Assembly: GCF_964355755.1 (NCBI RefSeq)
Contig: NC_092679.1
Location: 23,295,432-23,359,431 of the forward strand
Direction of reading: 5' to 3'
Source of the DNA: Antedon mediterranea
Taxonomy: Eukaryota > Animalia > Echinodermata
DNA: 64,000 nucleotides
The translations under genes were made by a program, and so were the position numbers. Below are positions 50,832 through 64,000 of this stretch, piece after piece. The notes beneath the pieces were generated by a model that saw only the letters and a program-made list of their open reading frames with translations, was not told the DNA's origin and did no database searches. The stretch's first letter is position 1; every line of letters begins with the position of its first letter.

Positions 50832-51147
50832 TAATAGAAGACAAACAATACTCTACATACAGACATATTAACAAAGGTGATTTTGATATTGTAACCTTCA
50901 GAATAAAAAAAAAAGCAATATTAATTGTAATTCTAATTATAGTACTATTGACATTAGGTGAGAAATCAAAACAGATTCTATCAATACGAAACGTGATCAG
51001 GTATGCATTTTAATTTCAAATTGTAATTAATTTTCTGGACTTAATTGAGATTAAAGATTGCATTCATATTTTCAAGGTTAATCTGCAAAATCCCTGGTCA
51101 AGCTAATCTTGGTAGATGATCAAGAAAATAAATTTATTGATGATAAT

Positions 51148-51400
51148 AATGATAGGAAGAATAGAACAGTATAATCAGATGTACAGTTCCCCTAATGATA
51201 GGAAGAATAGAATGTCAGTATAATCAGATGTACAGTTCCCCAAATGATACTAGGAAGAATAGAATGTCAGTATAATCAGATGTACAGTTCCCCAAATGAT
51301 AGGAAGAATAGAATGTCAGTATAATCAGATGTACAGTTCCCCAAATGATACTAGGAAGAATGTCATGTCAGTATAATCAGATGTACAGTTCCCCAAATGA
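51148..51400. repeat. About 52-55-bp tandem repeat x4-5
   Basis: TAGGAAGAATAGAATGTCAGTATAATCAGATGTACAGTTCCCCAAATGA units. Confidence 0.9.
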
Positions 51401-54400
51401 TGATGTTTTACTTTTTATCGTTTTGATTTAGCTTTTCCCTTTTTTTTTTGTATCTATTAAGATTCAGTCACTGATACCCACAGCATTGTCATTTTTCAGT
51501 AATTGGTCTATGGATTTTTAAAAAAATGCACGTTATTTTTTTAATAAGAGATACTAACTAGTAACATAATAATGAGAAACTGACTGATAATGATATGATG
51601 ATATCGGAGTTTATAAAACAAAGCAGCAAAAGAACATGACAAAAATATACCCGTTTTTGGGGTTATTTTTAGATATTTAATGAATCATTTTTGTAAAGCA
51701 CTTTGAAAACATTCAATTCATTCATTTCCTTTATTACTATTAATACTCATAGTACTACCTGCAGTGTATAAAAACATACAAAATGTATATCATTAGGAAA
51801 TTAACTACTTCTTTCCCAAAACAACCTAAAAAATATCATAAAATATTTGCAGGTTGGCTAGTGGAAATACATTTATTTATATTTAATTAAACTACTGTAC
51901 TGATATTACAGCTGTCATGAATTATGTTCTTAAAACTGTGAATGGAGTTCTTCCAATATTCATAGAATGAGGGAACGTTATTCGTGACAAACATCATGCT
52001 TGCGCTATTATAAGTAATAACTTATCTTACGTAATCCATAAACATTGTATTAGGTGGCGCTATAAAAAGACTACCATAAACATGAGACCTTATATAGGTA
52101 CTGAATATTATTACTTCATTCATTCAAAGGAATGTTCCCATCATGCATATTTCACCTGATAAATTCGTATGACCCTGAAATCAATACTAATCATTATACA
52201 CTGTAAAAATAGTGTATTCTAGTACTTCATTCAAGTCCCACTTGAAAACAAACCATTATGCAACGTGCAAGACCTCATCAATGAAGGTTGTCCATTAAAG
52301 CAATTAAGACAAAGTAATACATTTTTTAGGCCTAGTTCTGCTTGATCAGAAGTGGTGGAGGCCTTTAAAAGAAAGTGGTGCTATAAAAGACTTATTTGTA
52401 AGGTAGGAATTTTAGCGATTCTACACTAAATCAGTTGGGTGATTTTAACCTTTATTTTCAAATTGCCATTTAACAGGTTATTGAAACTTTCTTGTGTTTC
52501 TGCTGCCAAGAAATAAGGGTTAATTTATTCACCACGTTAATAACCAAAACAGGACAGATAAAAAACAATCACACTGGAGTACAAACAAAATGGAAAGCAA
52601 TAAACCAATCAACCAATCAAAAACAGGCTTGCAGACAAACGCTGACATACAGTAATGCTAATGGTTTTTGGAAAAAGAGGCTATAAAGTATCCCATGAGA
52701 TGATGTTTCATGTGAGATAATGTGATACTGCACGCTGTTTGTTGTCGCTAGACATGAAACTGCTTGGATCTTGTGATATACTGATATGTCCTTATATTAA
52801 TCAGATGAACTCAACAACCAGAGATATGAATGATAGTTTACTGACCACATGCAAATAACCTTTTCCATACTTTTGAGTTGTAATCTATCTCACCCAATTG
52901 TGGAATAGTAGAGCAAATATGATGACCAAGGCCGGATACCGATACTATTTAACCATATCATAAAGTCTATACTCTTGACCAGGCAGAGCAGTCACCAGTG
53001 TAGTTGGTCATGTACCTACTGTACTGTACCAACCTGACCCAATGTTTGACAGAGCAATCTTTACCCTAGTTTTTATTTTAATCTCACCCGATCGTAGAAA
53101 AAGAGCAACTACAGTATGATGAGCAAATGATAAACAAACCATACTCATGACCATCATCAGAGCAGTGACCAGTGTGCTTGGTCATGTACCCATAGTTTTA
53201 CTTTTAGGTTAGGTTTTAAAACTTGTTTTGAAGTTCGATCAATTGGGTTATTAAAACCAAATACAGTATAATGGTTTTTTAAAGGACCCATTTCCTAATG
53301 TAAAAGCACAAAAAATATTCCGTTTTCAAAACAATTAATTCAAGAGAATAAATAATGTTGGCAAGTCTGTATTATTTACCCATAAATTGTATGATCACCA
53401 ACACAGTCAAATCAAAGAGAGGTCAAAGGTTATTGTTTACAGTAGTACAAAGATCAATGACTACAGTACATGCTTAAATCCAGCAAACAATAAAACAATG
53501 AACGAACGTGTTGACATAACGATTTGTCATATTTGTGGGGTATACACCTATTCAGACTGAACTAGCTACCTCAATATCAGTGGGTGTGCGTAGTATCTCT
53601 GTCTTGTTTATTCCTTCTTGGGCTGGGTAGACAAATGATTGTGTTAAACCAACCTATTATCATTATTTAATATTTAGTATCTGTTGTGTCTACAAATCGC
53701 CCCTTCCACCCACTACATTTTTGTTTCTAATACATTACATTTTCATGGCTCAGTCAAATTTTCAAGGCTTCTGATTATCTGTTTCTGTTGCATAACCCTG
53801 ACTATAAACCGTTTTTATTAAAAATTAGTACTTTTTATGTCGACTGTACAGTATTTCTACTAAATGTGTGATCCCAAATAAACTGTTATTTAGTGGTTGG
53901 TTGATTACAAAAAAAATGTTTAAATTACCCAAAATGAACGGCAATAGGTGATAAAACATCCAAGATACAGTAATAGTTAATACTGTTATTTATTATTATT
54001 TTTGCATACAGTACAGTTAATAATCAGTTATTTTTTCACAGCAAATAAAAGGAGCTTTTACTGTACATACAGCAGTACATTTTTAGGCATAATTAAAATT
54101 TTGCAAAGCTCAAATTATAACTGTTGGTTAAAGTTTGAAAATGTCACTGCTGTTAATATCAGTGTTTTAAAGGTCAGATTTCTGAGACTTTGGAGTCAAA
54201 ATATTTAAGATTAAAGCAAGACTTTATAAAGCCTGTCTTATTCTCACATTTTTTTGTCTTTATTGTTTCAAAAAATATAAAGATAATCTATACAGACTCT
54301 ACAATCTAACTATATCAATGAAGTAAACTTGGTACCAGCCTTGGTTGGATTGTCACACTCACAGCCTTGAAAAACAACAACTAAAATTGGCATTGTTGTC

Positions 54401-55183
54401 AAAGACAATAGTTTAAACTAACCATCATCTTGACATTTCATTGTAAGACTAATAAACTTTAACGTCATCTTCTTCTTATAAGTATTGAGAAATTATAGCA
54501 TCCAAAATATAGGAGTCTCCCGTCCAAAACGGGAATGTTGGCATGTACTGTAGCCTATAGTATAGCTTCTGCTACAGTATTGCTCTTTGCAAAATGTTAT
54601 AGTTACTGCAATAACTGCAGTAGTATAATTTTGACATGATTTATCCCTCAGTAAAGTAAACTGTAAAGCACTTGTTGACATTGCAGCTTTAAAATTGCTA
54701 TACATAATCATCAGTTATCTCTGGTAATCTCTTTTAAATCACGTCATACTCTATCTAGGAACAGAGTTCAAATTCAGGAAGTGCGAATTGACCTCAGATG
54801 AATTCATCAAACTAACAGTATTTTTTACAACCTTCTGTGCCACAATCTAGTATAGTATAATTTAATATATAACATTTCGAAGGCAACATTTTTTTTCATA
54901 GTATGTTTGTAATCAAAAGTTTAATTGTTTCTACAATTAATTCAATATAAAACAAACTCTGAAAAAAGTGAGGCAAGCCAATATATCCCCAAAGATGAAC
55001 TAATAAAGTTTGAAAATATTGAATAATAATGGCTACTGTACCTCACTTTTTTGGAGTTTGTTTTAAATAATACAGATCAGTGGACACTATGATTTATTAT
55101 TTTAACAAATGTTAAAACAATGTTGAAAGAATGTTAATAGTATTAACGAAATAAATGTAAAATAAATAAAGTAAAAATCTTAC

Positions 55184-56890
55184 CCGCTTTCTACGTGTTG
55201 TAGTTGTTGAAGGGGCGTCGTCAACATCTTCTTGTTCCGATTCATCGAAACTAAATGAGGAACCAGTGCTTACACTAGAAAGTTTGCGAAGTAATTGTTT
55301 CTTTTTAACTTTATTATCATCAGTAGCGACAAGCGTTGAATCACTCTGAGGCACGTCAAGAACAGTAGTATCAGATTTATGAGTATCCGGTAAGTTCAAA
55401 GATGGTGTTTCATTATCTTTATTATTATTACAATAATCATCCGTTACGATGACTGCAGGAGGCGACTGCAGAAGCTCCACACTGGAGAAACTGGCCGAGC
55501 TCCATGTCATGTTACTCGTAGATTTGGACAGTTTTGGTTTTAAAGAAAGTGACATTTGTTTAAGACTCGATCCAAGAAGATCAGAACTTTTTAACCGCAC
55601 AGTTAATTGTGTTCTTTTAATTTCATTTGAATTTTGTGCTTGATTTGCCTTAATCCGTACATTATTGATGGGTTTATTTCCATCCTCAAAACCTTCATCA
55701 ACCGGAGATGACGGTCGGTATATTATTGTCTCAGGTACATCAAGTTCGGTACTATCAAAAACGTGCGACGCTCGAGAAAGGTGAGATTTTCTAGGTGACG
55801 ACGATGAATCCAATGAATGGTGGGTTACATTTAATTTTGAGTTACGGTCAAACGGTTCGTCATTTGTTATCGATGATTGAAAATCAGAATTATCCAAGTT
55901 TGTACTATGATGGCCACTATCAACACTTTGTGTCCTTGATGCCTTTGTGTGTGAAAGAAGGCCATCTTGTATGTCGGGACCACTACTTCCAATGGGGGAA
56001 CTGCAGCGTGGACTTAAATTGACTGGACTACTAGAATAGCGACCGCTACCATAACCACTACTAGGACTTATACACGGCGATAAACAGTTTTTTAAATACA
56101 ACGTATTACTCATAGTGCTTAGTTCACCATCAGGCATAGTCCATGAGTTGCGGTTATCAGCAGATTCTTGACTGGGTTTTTGGTTATTGGATAGAAAATT
56201 AGCAGACGCTCCAACGTTATTGATCGTCAAACCATCCACCGCAGATGATCTTCTACGTTTGTCCTTGGCGTTATAATTCCTAATAAGCTCCAACTCAGGT
56301 AACTGGTTTTCTTCACGAAGAAATCGGGAGCATAGATGCTGTATCCTTGGCGAGACTGGACGAACAGTGGCAGACTTAGGTGATGGAAGATGTAAGCAAG
56401 GGGAGAGACTTCTGGATCTCCTCTCGCCTACAATTGGAATGAAACGTTTTGACTGTTGACGAGTTACGTCAAACTTTGCTATGGCGTCCGACACGCTAGG
56501 AATATCATCGTTAGTTATAGCGACATTGTCTTTATCGAAAGCCGTAACCAATGTATCTGGTATATCCAACTTTAGGTTACGTATTCGCGGTCTAGAGCGC
56601 CTCTCTTGTACATCTTCCGGTCCACTTTTCGCAGTTCTTATCTCCATATTGCCGTTAACTAAACAAGGTATATTTAATGACAGTGGTTTTTTTATGTCGC
56701 TTTGCTGAAATGTGAATATATTTCCCAAATCTGGTTCCCTGAAAACTTTGTCCCCATTGTGGAGCTGTTTAACCATGTTCGAATATTTCACTACATCCAG
56801 TAAACCATTACTTACTGTTGATGATATATCATTGTCGTTTACCTCCATATAAACACTGGTATTATTACCAATATAATCACTTACACCCAT
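55184..56890 (-). CDS. ITPK: ITPK coding exon 1 (569 aa Ser/Pro-rich, probably disordered N-terminal regulatory region)
   Basis: Long ORF 55112..56890. Acceptor (polypyrimidine tract + CTACAG) puts the exon start at 57052, upstream of the ATG. Donor CGG|GTAAG at 55183 is phase 0 and joins in frame to the 27122 exon. Motifs PAVIVT and RKLSS resemble vertebrate ITPKB. Confidence 0.85.
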
Positions 56891-58125
56891 ACAAATTATT
56901 GATGGTATTTTTGCAGTACTGCAAACTCAAATCATTAAAAAACAAAACCTGGATGAATCTGCATTGTTATTTCCATGTACAACGAAATAAAATCCTTTTC
57001 AGTTATACAGTAATAGAGTTCACAGACACTCTTCTTGTAGATTTACTCTAATCTGTAGGTTATAAACAAAGTAAAATAAGAAAAGATGTTTAATTGTTGC
57101 ACTGTATGTACCAAATTTTACGATGTAATTAATATTGGGTGAACACTATTTAATTATGGATTCAACATAATACAAAAGAGAATAGGTAATTGAAATATGA
57201 ACATGAAAGTGAGAAGGAATTATTTTTTAATTATTTACACCTTCATCATTTATGCAACTGAGAAAAAAGAAGTAAAACATGTTTGAATTAATGATTGATA
57301 GAATTGTTACGTAAAACATTCAGTAATGGTGGTGTTGGCCGTCAATTGCTTATTTATACGTTACCTGTACACGTGTCAAATGCATGATCAGGCCCAAGCG
57401 CGGGATAATGTTGTTTCAACTAAACTAGTTATATCGGCTATATAAAGACAATTGGGCCAAACGAAAGACAATCGGGACAATAATCATGATTTAAAACACA
57501 TCAGACATTGGATTCCTTTCCTACTATTATAGTAGATAAAGTAAGTAGTCACTCTTGGCACGCAGTAGGTGTGTATAATATGAAAGTGAATGTCCATGAT
57601 AGACCATGATGCCTAATGGATGTCATAGATTTCATGATAAAATGGTCCCTCTCCTTTCTGTCTAGCCAACAAAAATCAGTTTAATACATTTTAAAAATCT
57701 GCACCATCTTTCTAGGCCTAGGCTAGGCCTTATTCAGTTTACTCAGAACTGTATATTTTATGTCTCCGCCGTCCTCTATTAATTACTACTACCGAAAACG
57801 TATCACGAATTTTGTACTACCGTTAGCCATAAGCAACGGCGATTCCGCCTACATAAATAGAGGAAGGAACAGCTTATCAACCACAAACATAGGCTTGGCA
57901 ATCGATTACCAGAAAATATACAAACAACGTATAATTAATAAACTATTAGTATTAATCTATAAATTATGAGCCACGGCAATTAAACATTACTAATAATACC
58001 TAGGCCTAGGCCTAGTAATCAGTAAATACTCCCATAAGTATGCTTGAATATATAAGCAAGTTTCCTCGTAATTTCGACAGAAAAAAATATCCTTTTGTTT
58101 TAGAAACCTAGGCCAAACAACTTAC

Positions 58126-58330
58126 CCTTTTTGCTGTATGTGCAGATTTCTCTTCCGCTTCGATCCGGTGACAAATCCGTGTAGTGGTTGTTTCGCGATC
58201 ACGGTTCGTCTCTCTCCTCGTCCTCCTGCTGTTTGTGAATGAAATGATCGCAATCTCCAAACTCTAGGTGGCGTATTTTCACGTGCTGGTTCTTCAACAC
58301 GATTTGAAATACAGATAGAGAACCCCAATA
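58126..58330 (-). other. Probable non-coding first exon / 5'UTR of ITPK
   Basis: Strong donor AAAGG|GTAAGT at 58125 in a locally CpG-richer stretch, upstream of the acceptor at 57053. The 5' boundary is a guess. Confidence 0.55.
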
Positions 58331-58683
58331 TTCTGGAACAACACATATATCCAGAAAAAAAAAATTGAATAAAATTCCGCTTCAAATGATGTAACAATTT
58401 CTTTTGTAGCATTTTCCCGGTTGAACCGGACTACAGAGATAGCGCCTATACTCCCAAAACAGAATTGAAAATTTAGCAGCCAACGTTTCACAAAACTGTC
58501 AGACCAAAGAAGTATTATAATTATTATCATAATAGTAATATGTTTGTATCAATAACGATATAAATGAATATAGTAGGCCCTAATTTAATCGAGGTGTCTC
58601 CTGAATTAAGCAAGTATACCCAACTACTGTATATTACATTTTTAATCCCTCAAATTAAACGTAAACAGTAAGTATCGGTTATG

Positions 58684-58762
58684 ATTCCGGATCACATTCC
58701 GGATCACATTCCGGATCGCATTCCGGATCACATTCCGGATCACATTCCGGATCACATTCCGG
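58684..58762. repeat. 12-bp tandem repeat x6.5 in the putative ITPK promoter
   Basis: ATTCCGGATCAC units. Confidence 0.92.
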
Positions 58763-58856
58763 TTAAAAATTCACAAATACACTACACGTCACGCAATGCA
58801 AGCGATTTGACCAATCACAAGCAAACGATGTGTGCGTCTCCCTAAACCCAACATTA

Positions 58857-59022
58857 AGCTTGGTTCCCACTAGAACGTAACGCAACGCAAGCGTTTTAAC
58901 CAATGAAAAGCGAAGTTATAGACAGTTAGCAATCACAAGCGAATAAGCCATCGCTTGTGATTGGTCAATTCACTTGCGTTGCGTTACGTCCTTGTATGTG
59001 CGTCGCTAGTGGGAACCACGCT
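58857..59022. mobile_element. Harbinger-like MITE upstream of ITPK
   Basis: TTA|AGCTTGGTTCCCACTAG...CTAGTGGGAACCACGCT|TTA. Confidence 0.87.
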
Positions 59023-59976
59023 TTAATGAGGATACTTTTTCCCGCGTACCTTTGATGTCCTCCCAAACCACGATTTCTCCCCTCTTCACCGTTTCTGTGT
59101 TAATTAATCGTCTTCAATTTACTTGTAAACGATGTGAAATGTCCCGTTGGCCACGTAAATAAACACGAACCTCCGACCGCTTCCACCAAAGACAATTGCA
59201 TTTATTAATTTCTTGTTATAATAAGGAATACCAGCAAATATGTCAACGAGGTCACGTACAAATGACGTAGATAGTCGTTGTCGTCATGGAAACCGAACTG
59301 TAACTACGCCCAAAGCAGGCCTAATTAAGGAATAGGCCTATAAACATAATTTTGTTCAACCATTTAGGTCAGAGTGAAGCCTGATTCAAATTATAAAATA
59401 GCGAGCGACACATTTTTAAATTAAAAATATATTTTCCAATTTGTACAAATATTCTCAGGGAACTACATCACGTACTTAGGCCTATCTAGGCCTACATTAT
59501 GGAATTTAGGCTAATTGTTTAATTTGTCGTATTCGATTGGGAGTTTACCGATGAGTATAGTTTTTCCGTTGAGTACTTATTTAACAGGAGTATTTTGAGC
59601 GTTGATAATATTTTTAACGAAAAATCTTGCGTTGTCAAAGTTTTCTATTCGATTGACATTCTGTTTAAAATGTATACCATTCGAATACAAAAAGTACTCA
59701 ACGAATCTGTATGCTTTGACAACGAAAGTTCCAATCGAATACGACATTGTGTAGAACAAAATGTGTTCACTGTTTTATCATACAGTACGGATGAACGGGT
59801 TCTCTTCCTAAATTATTAAAGGTACACATTCGAGACCCAACAGAGTGTCCCCTTGATCCGTATAGTTGTTTATATAAAGACTTTTTTTTTTTAAATAATG
59901 TTTTTATATGCACAATGAGTACGAAATGAAGAATAAAAGAATTAATGAATAACTAGTAGCCTCGGTTTTTTAAATA

Positions 59977-61159
59977 TTAAGTTTGGTTCCCAATAGAGAC
60001 GTAACGCAAGAAGGACGTACGCGCAACGCAAGCGAGTTGACCAATGACAAGCCACATCGCCTGTGATTGGTCCAATAACTTAAGTTTGGTTCCCAATAGA
60101 GACGTAACGCAAGAAGGACGTACGCGCAACGCAAGCGAGTTGACCAATGACAAGCCACATCGCCTGTAATTGGTCCAATAACTTAAGTTTGGTTCCCAAT
60201 AGAGACGTAACGCAAGAAGGACGTACGCGCAACGCAAGCGAGTTGACCAATGACAAGCCACATCGCCTGTGATTGGTCCAATAACTTAAGTTTGGTTCCC
60301 AATAGAGACGTAACGCAAGAAGGACGTACGCGCAACGCAAGCGAGTTGACCAATGACAAGCCACATCGCCTGTGATTGGTCCAATAACTTAAGTTTGGTT
60401 CCCAATAGAGACGTAACGCAAGAAGGACGTACGCGCAACGCAAGCGAGTTGACCAATGACAAGCCACATCGCCTGTGATTGGTCCAATAACTTAAGTTTG
60501 GTTCCCAATAGAGACGTAACGCAAGAAGGACGTACGCGCAACGCAAGCGAGTTGACCAATGACAAGCCACATCGCCTGTGATTGGTCCAATAACTTAAGT
60601 TTTGTTCCCAATAGAGACGTAACGCAAGAAGGACGTACGCGCAACGCAAGCGAGTTGACCAATGACAAGCCACATCGCCTGTGATTGGTCCAATAACTTA
60701 AGTTTGGTTCCCAATAGAGACGTAACGCAAGAAGGACGTACGCGCAACGCAAGCGAGTTGACCAATGACAAGCCACATCGCCTGTGATTGGTCCAATAAC
60801 TTAAGTTTGGTTCCCAATAGAGACGTAACGCAAGAAGGACGTACGCGCAACGCAAGCGAGTTGACCAATGACAAGCCACATCGCCTGTGATTGGTCCAAT
60901 AACTTAAGTTTGGTTCCCAATAGAGACGTAACGCAAGAAGGACGTACGCGCAACGCAAGCGAGTTGACCAATGACAAGCCGCATCGCCTGTGATTGGTCC
61001 AATAACTTAAGTTTGGTTCCCAATAGAGACGTAACGAAGAAGGACGTACGCGCAACGCAAGCGAGTTGACCAATGACAAGCCACATCGCCTGTGATTGGT
61101 CCAATAACTTACGTTGCGTTACGTCGTTGCGTTGCGTCGCTAGTGCGAACCACGCTTTA
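59977..61159. repeat. 103-bp x11 tandem array formed from the left part of a Harbinger-like MITE
   Basis: Units start at 59977, 60080, ... 61007, each beginning TTA+AGTTTGGTTCCCA (TSD+TIR). The array closes with a single right TIR CTAGTGCGAACCACGCT|TTA. Confidence 0.92.
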
Positions 61160-61738
61160 TGTTGTGAAACGAGCTCGAATTGTAGTTACCGAACAAAGAT
61201 TAAGTACTCTGGTCTATATTTAGTATTTTCTCTTCTATATTAAATTAAAAAAACAACAATCAAAAGAGATGCTATTTTTATTTAAACTTTAATGACTGAT
61301 TCTTGTTTCATTTACGTCATCAACCTCTGATTCAAATCCAGCAAGACGTTTTATTATTACAGATACTACGGTAATTATTTTTTATTTGTAATAAGGTCAG
61401 TATAAAAAAAAGATAGACAACAAATTATTCTACATTGTTGTAATAGTAGCATACAAAACATTTAGTTTACTCTTTTTATGAAATTATTTAGCAAGCTTGG
61501 GAAATTACAGGCCTATCACACTGTTTATTGCAGTGCACGACTAGCCAAGATAGGAACTCATAATAGTTCTTAGATCTTATGTCTGGCTGCGACAAATACC
61601 AATATTCTCTGTGGCGTGCGGTGTCTGTAAGGGGTGGCGTGGAACTGATCGTGTCGCAGTTATTGGTAAGGTCTGAGAAAGTAGACTAGGCCTACTTATT
61701 TTAGCAATATTTTAAGTAATAACAACAATATTTAAAAA

Positions 61739-63806
61739 CCATTATCCTACCTACACAGTACATTTTATGACCATTATCCTACAGAGTAGCCTACACAGTA
61801 CATTTTATGACCATTATCCTACAGAGTAGCCTACACAGTACATTTTATGTCCATTATCCTACAGAGTAGCCTACACAGTACATTTTATGACCATTATCCT
61901 ACAGAGTAGCCTACACAGTACATTTTATGACCATTATCTTACAGAGTAGCCTACACAGTACATTTTATGACCATTATCCTACCTACACAGTACATTTTAT
62001 GACCATTATCCTACAGAGTAGCCTACACAGTACATTTTATGACCATTATCCTACAGAGTAGCCTACACAGTACATTTTATGACCATTATCCTACAGAGTA
62101 GCCTACACAGTACATTTTATGTCCATTATCCTACAGAGTAGCCTACACAGTACATTTTATGACCATTATCCTACCTACACAGTACATTTTATGACCATTA
62201 TCCTACAGAGTAGCCTACACAGTACATTTTATGACCATTATCCTACAGAGTAGCCTACACAGTACATTTTATGACCATTATCCTACAGAGTAGCCTACAC
62301 AGTACATTTTATGTCCATTATCCTACAGAGTAGCCTACACAGTACATTTTATGACCATTATCCTACAGAGTAGCCTACACAGTACATTTTATGACCATTA
62401 TCTTACAGAGTAGCCTACACAGTACATTTTATGACCATTATCCTACCTACACAGTACATTTTATGACCATTATCCTACAGAGTAGCCTACACAGTACATT
62501 TTATGACCATTATCCTACAGAGTAGCCTACACAGTACATTTTATGACCATTATCCTACAGAGTAGCCTACACAGTACATTTTATGTCCATTATCCTACAG
62601 AGTAGCCTACACAGTACATTTTATGACCATTATCCTACAGAGTAGCCTACACAGTACATTTTATGACCATTATCTTACAGAGTAGCCTACACAGTACATT
62701 TTATGACCATTATCCTACAGAGTAGCCTACACAGTACATTTTATGACCATTATCCTACAGAGTAGCCTACACAGTACATTTTATGACCATTATCCTACAG
62801 AGTAGCCTACAGAGTACATTTTATGACCATTATCCTACAGAGTAGCCCACACAGTACATTTTATGACCATTATCCTACAGAGTAGCCTACACAGTACATT
62901 TTATGACCATTATCCTACAGAGTAGCCTACACAGTACATTTTATGACCATTATCTTACAGAGTAGCCTACACAGTACATTTTATGACCATTATCCTACAG
63001 AGTAGCCTACACAGTACATTTAATGACCATTATCCTACAGAGTAGCCTACACAGTACATTTTATGACCATTATCCTACAGAGTAGCCTACACAGTACATT
63101 TTATGACCATTATCCTACAGAGTAGCCTACACAGTACATTTTATGACCATTATCCTACAGAGTAGCCTACACAGTACATTTTATGACCAATATCCTACAG
63201 AGTAGCCTACACAGTACATTTTATGACCATTATCCTACAGAGTAGCCTACACAGTACATTTTATGACCATTATCCTACAGAGTAGCCTACACAGTACATT
63301 TTATGACCATTATCCTACAGAGTAGCCTACACAGTACATTTTATGACCATTATCCTACAGAGTAGCCTACACAGTACATTTTATGACCATTCGGCATTAT
63401 CCTACAGAGTAGCCTACACAGTACATTTTATGACCATTCGGCATTATCCTACAGAGTAGCCTACACAGTACATTTTATGACCATTCGGCATTCTCCTACA
63501 GAGTAGCCTCACAGTACATTTTATGACCCTTCGGCATTATCCTACAGAGTAGCCTACACAGTACATTTTATGACCATTCGGCATTATCCTACAGAGTAGC
63601 CTACACAGTACATTTTATGACCATTCGGCATTATCCTACAGAGTAGCCTCACAGTACATTTTATGACCATTCGGCATTATCTTACAGAGTAGCCTACACA
63701 ATACATTTTATGACCATTCGGCATTATCCTACAGAGTAGCCTACACAGTACATTTTATGACCATTCGGCATTATCCTACAGAGTAGCCTACACAATACAT
63801 TTTATG
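61739..63806. repeat. 40-bp tandem array with 32-bp and 47-bp variants (about 50 copies)
   Basis: Unit CCATTATCCTACAGAGTAGCCTACACAGTACATTTTATGA. Confidence 0.97.
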
Positions 63807-64000
63807 CAATTATTATTATTTAGCAAACGTTGGAGGTTATACACACTGTTATACACACTGTTCAATGCAGTGACTGCCTAATAATATGAGACATTGCAAT
63901 GAAATAAACTTATACAAAGTTACTGCAGTAAAAAATGAATTTTACTGCAATATAGTACATTTTACATAATCTCTTGTTTTCTGCGGATTACAGTATGTAC

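Noticed and set aside
59970-61104. Series of 94-aa ORFs (MACHWSTRLRC...)
   Set aside because: They are translations of the 103-bp MITE-derived repeat cycling through frames, with no protein features.

Overview
AT-rich, intron-containing eukaryotic (animal) DNA, not prokaryotic. The DeuSINE-like and DNA-transposon repertoire suggests a marine invertebrate deuterostome such as an echinoderm (inference only). I reconstructed two complete minus-strand genes by hand from splice sites and reading-frame phase. (1) An inositol-1,4,5-trisphosphate 3-kinase (ITPK/IP3K): 7 coding exons at 56890-20424, about 878 aa, plus a probable non-coding first exon near 58.1-58.3 kb, a 28-kb intron and one U12-type intron. 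(2) An 11-exon gene at 16078-7301, about 376 aa, for a secreted CBM9/DOMON-like carbohydrate-binding protein resembling bacterial 'carbohydrate-binding family 9-like' proteins, with two microexons. The rest is non-coding and repeat-rich: Harbinger-, Kolobok-, Tc1/mariner- and MULE-like MITEs, hairpin-ended elements including a near-perfect 614-bp palindrome, Deu-domain SINEs (one with a 5S+tRNA chimeric head), an L2 3' end, an internally deleted Gypsy element with apparent CG...CG LTR ends, and more than 15 unrelated tandem arrays. Two of those arrays arose from MITE termini. There is no CRISPR array. All calls are by eye, with no database searches.
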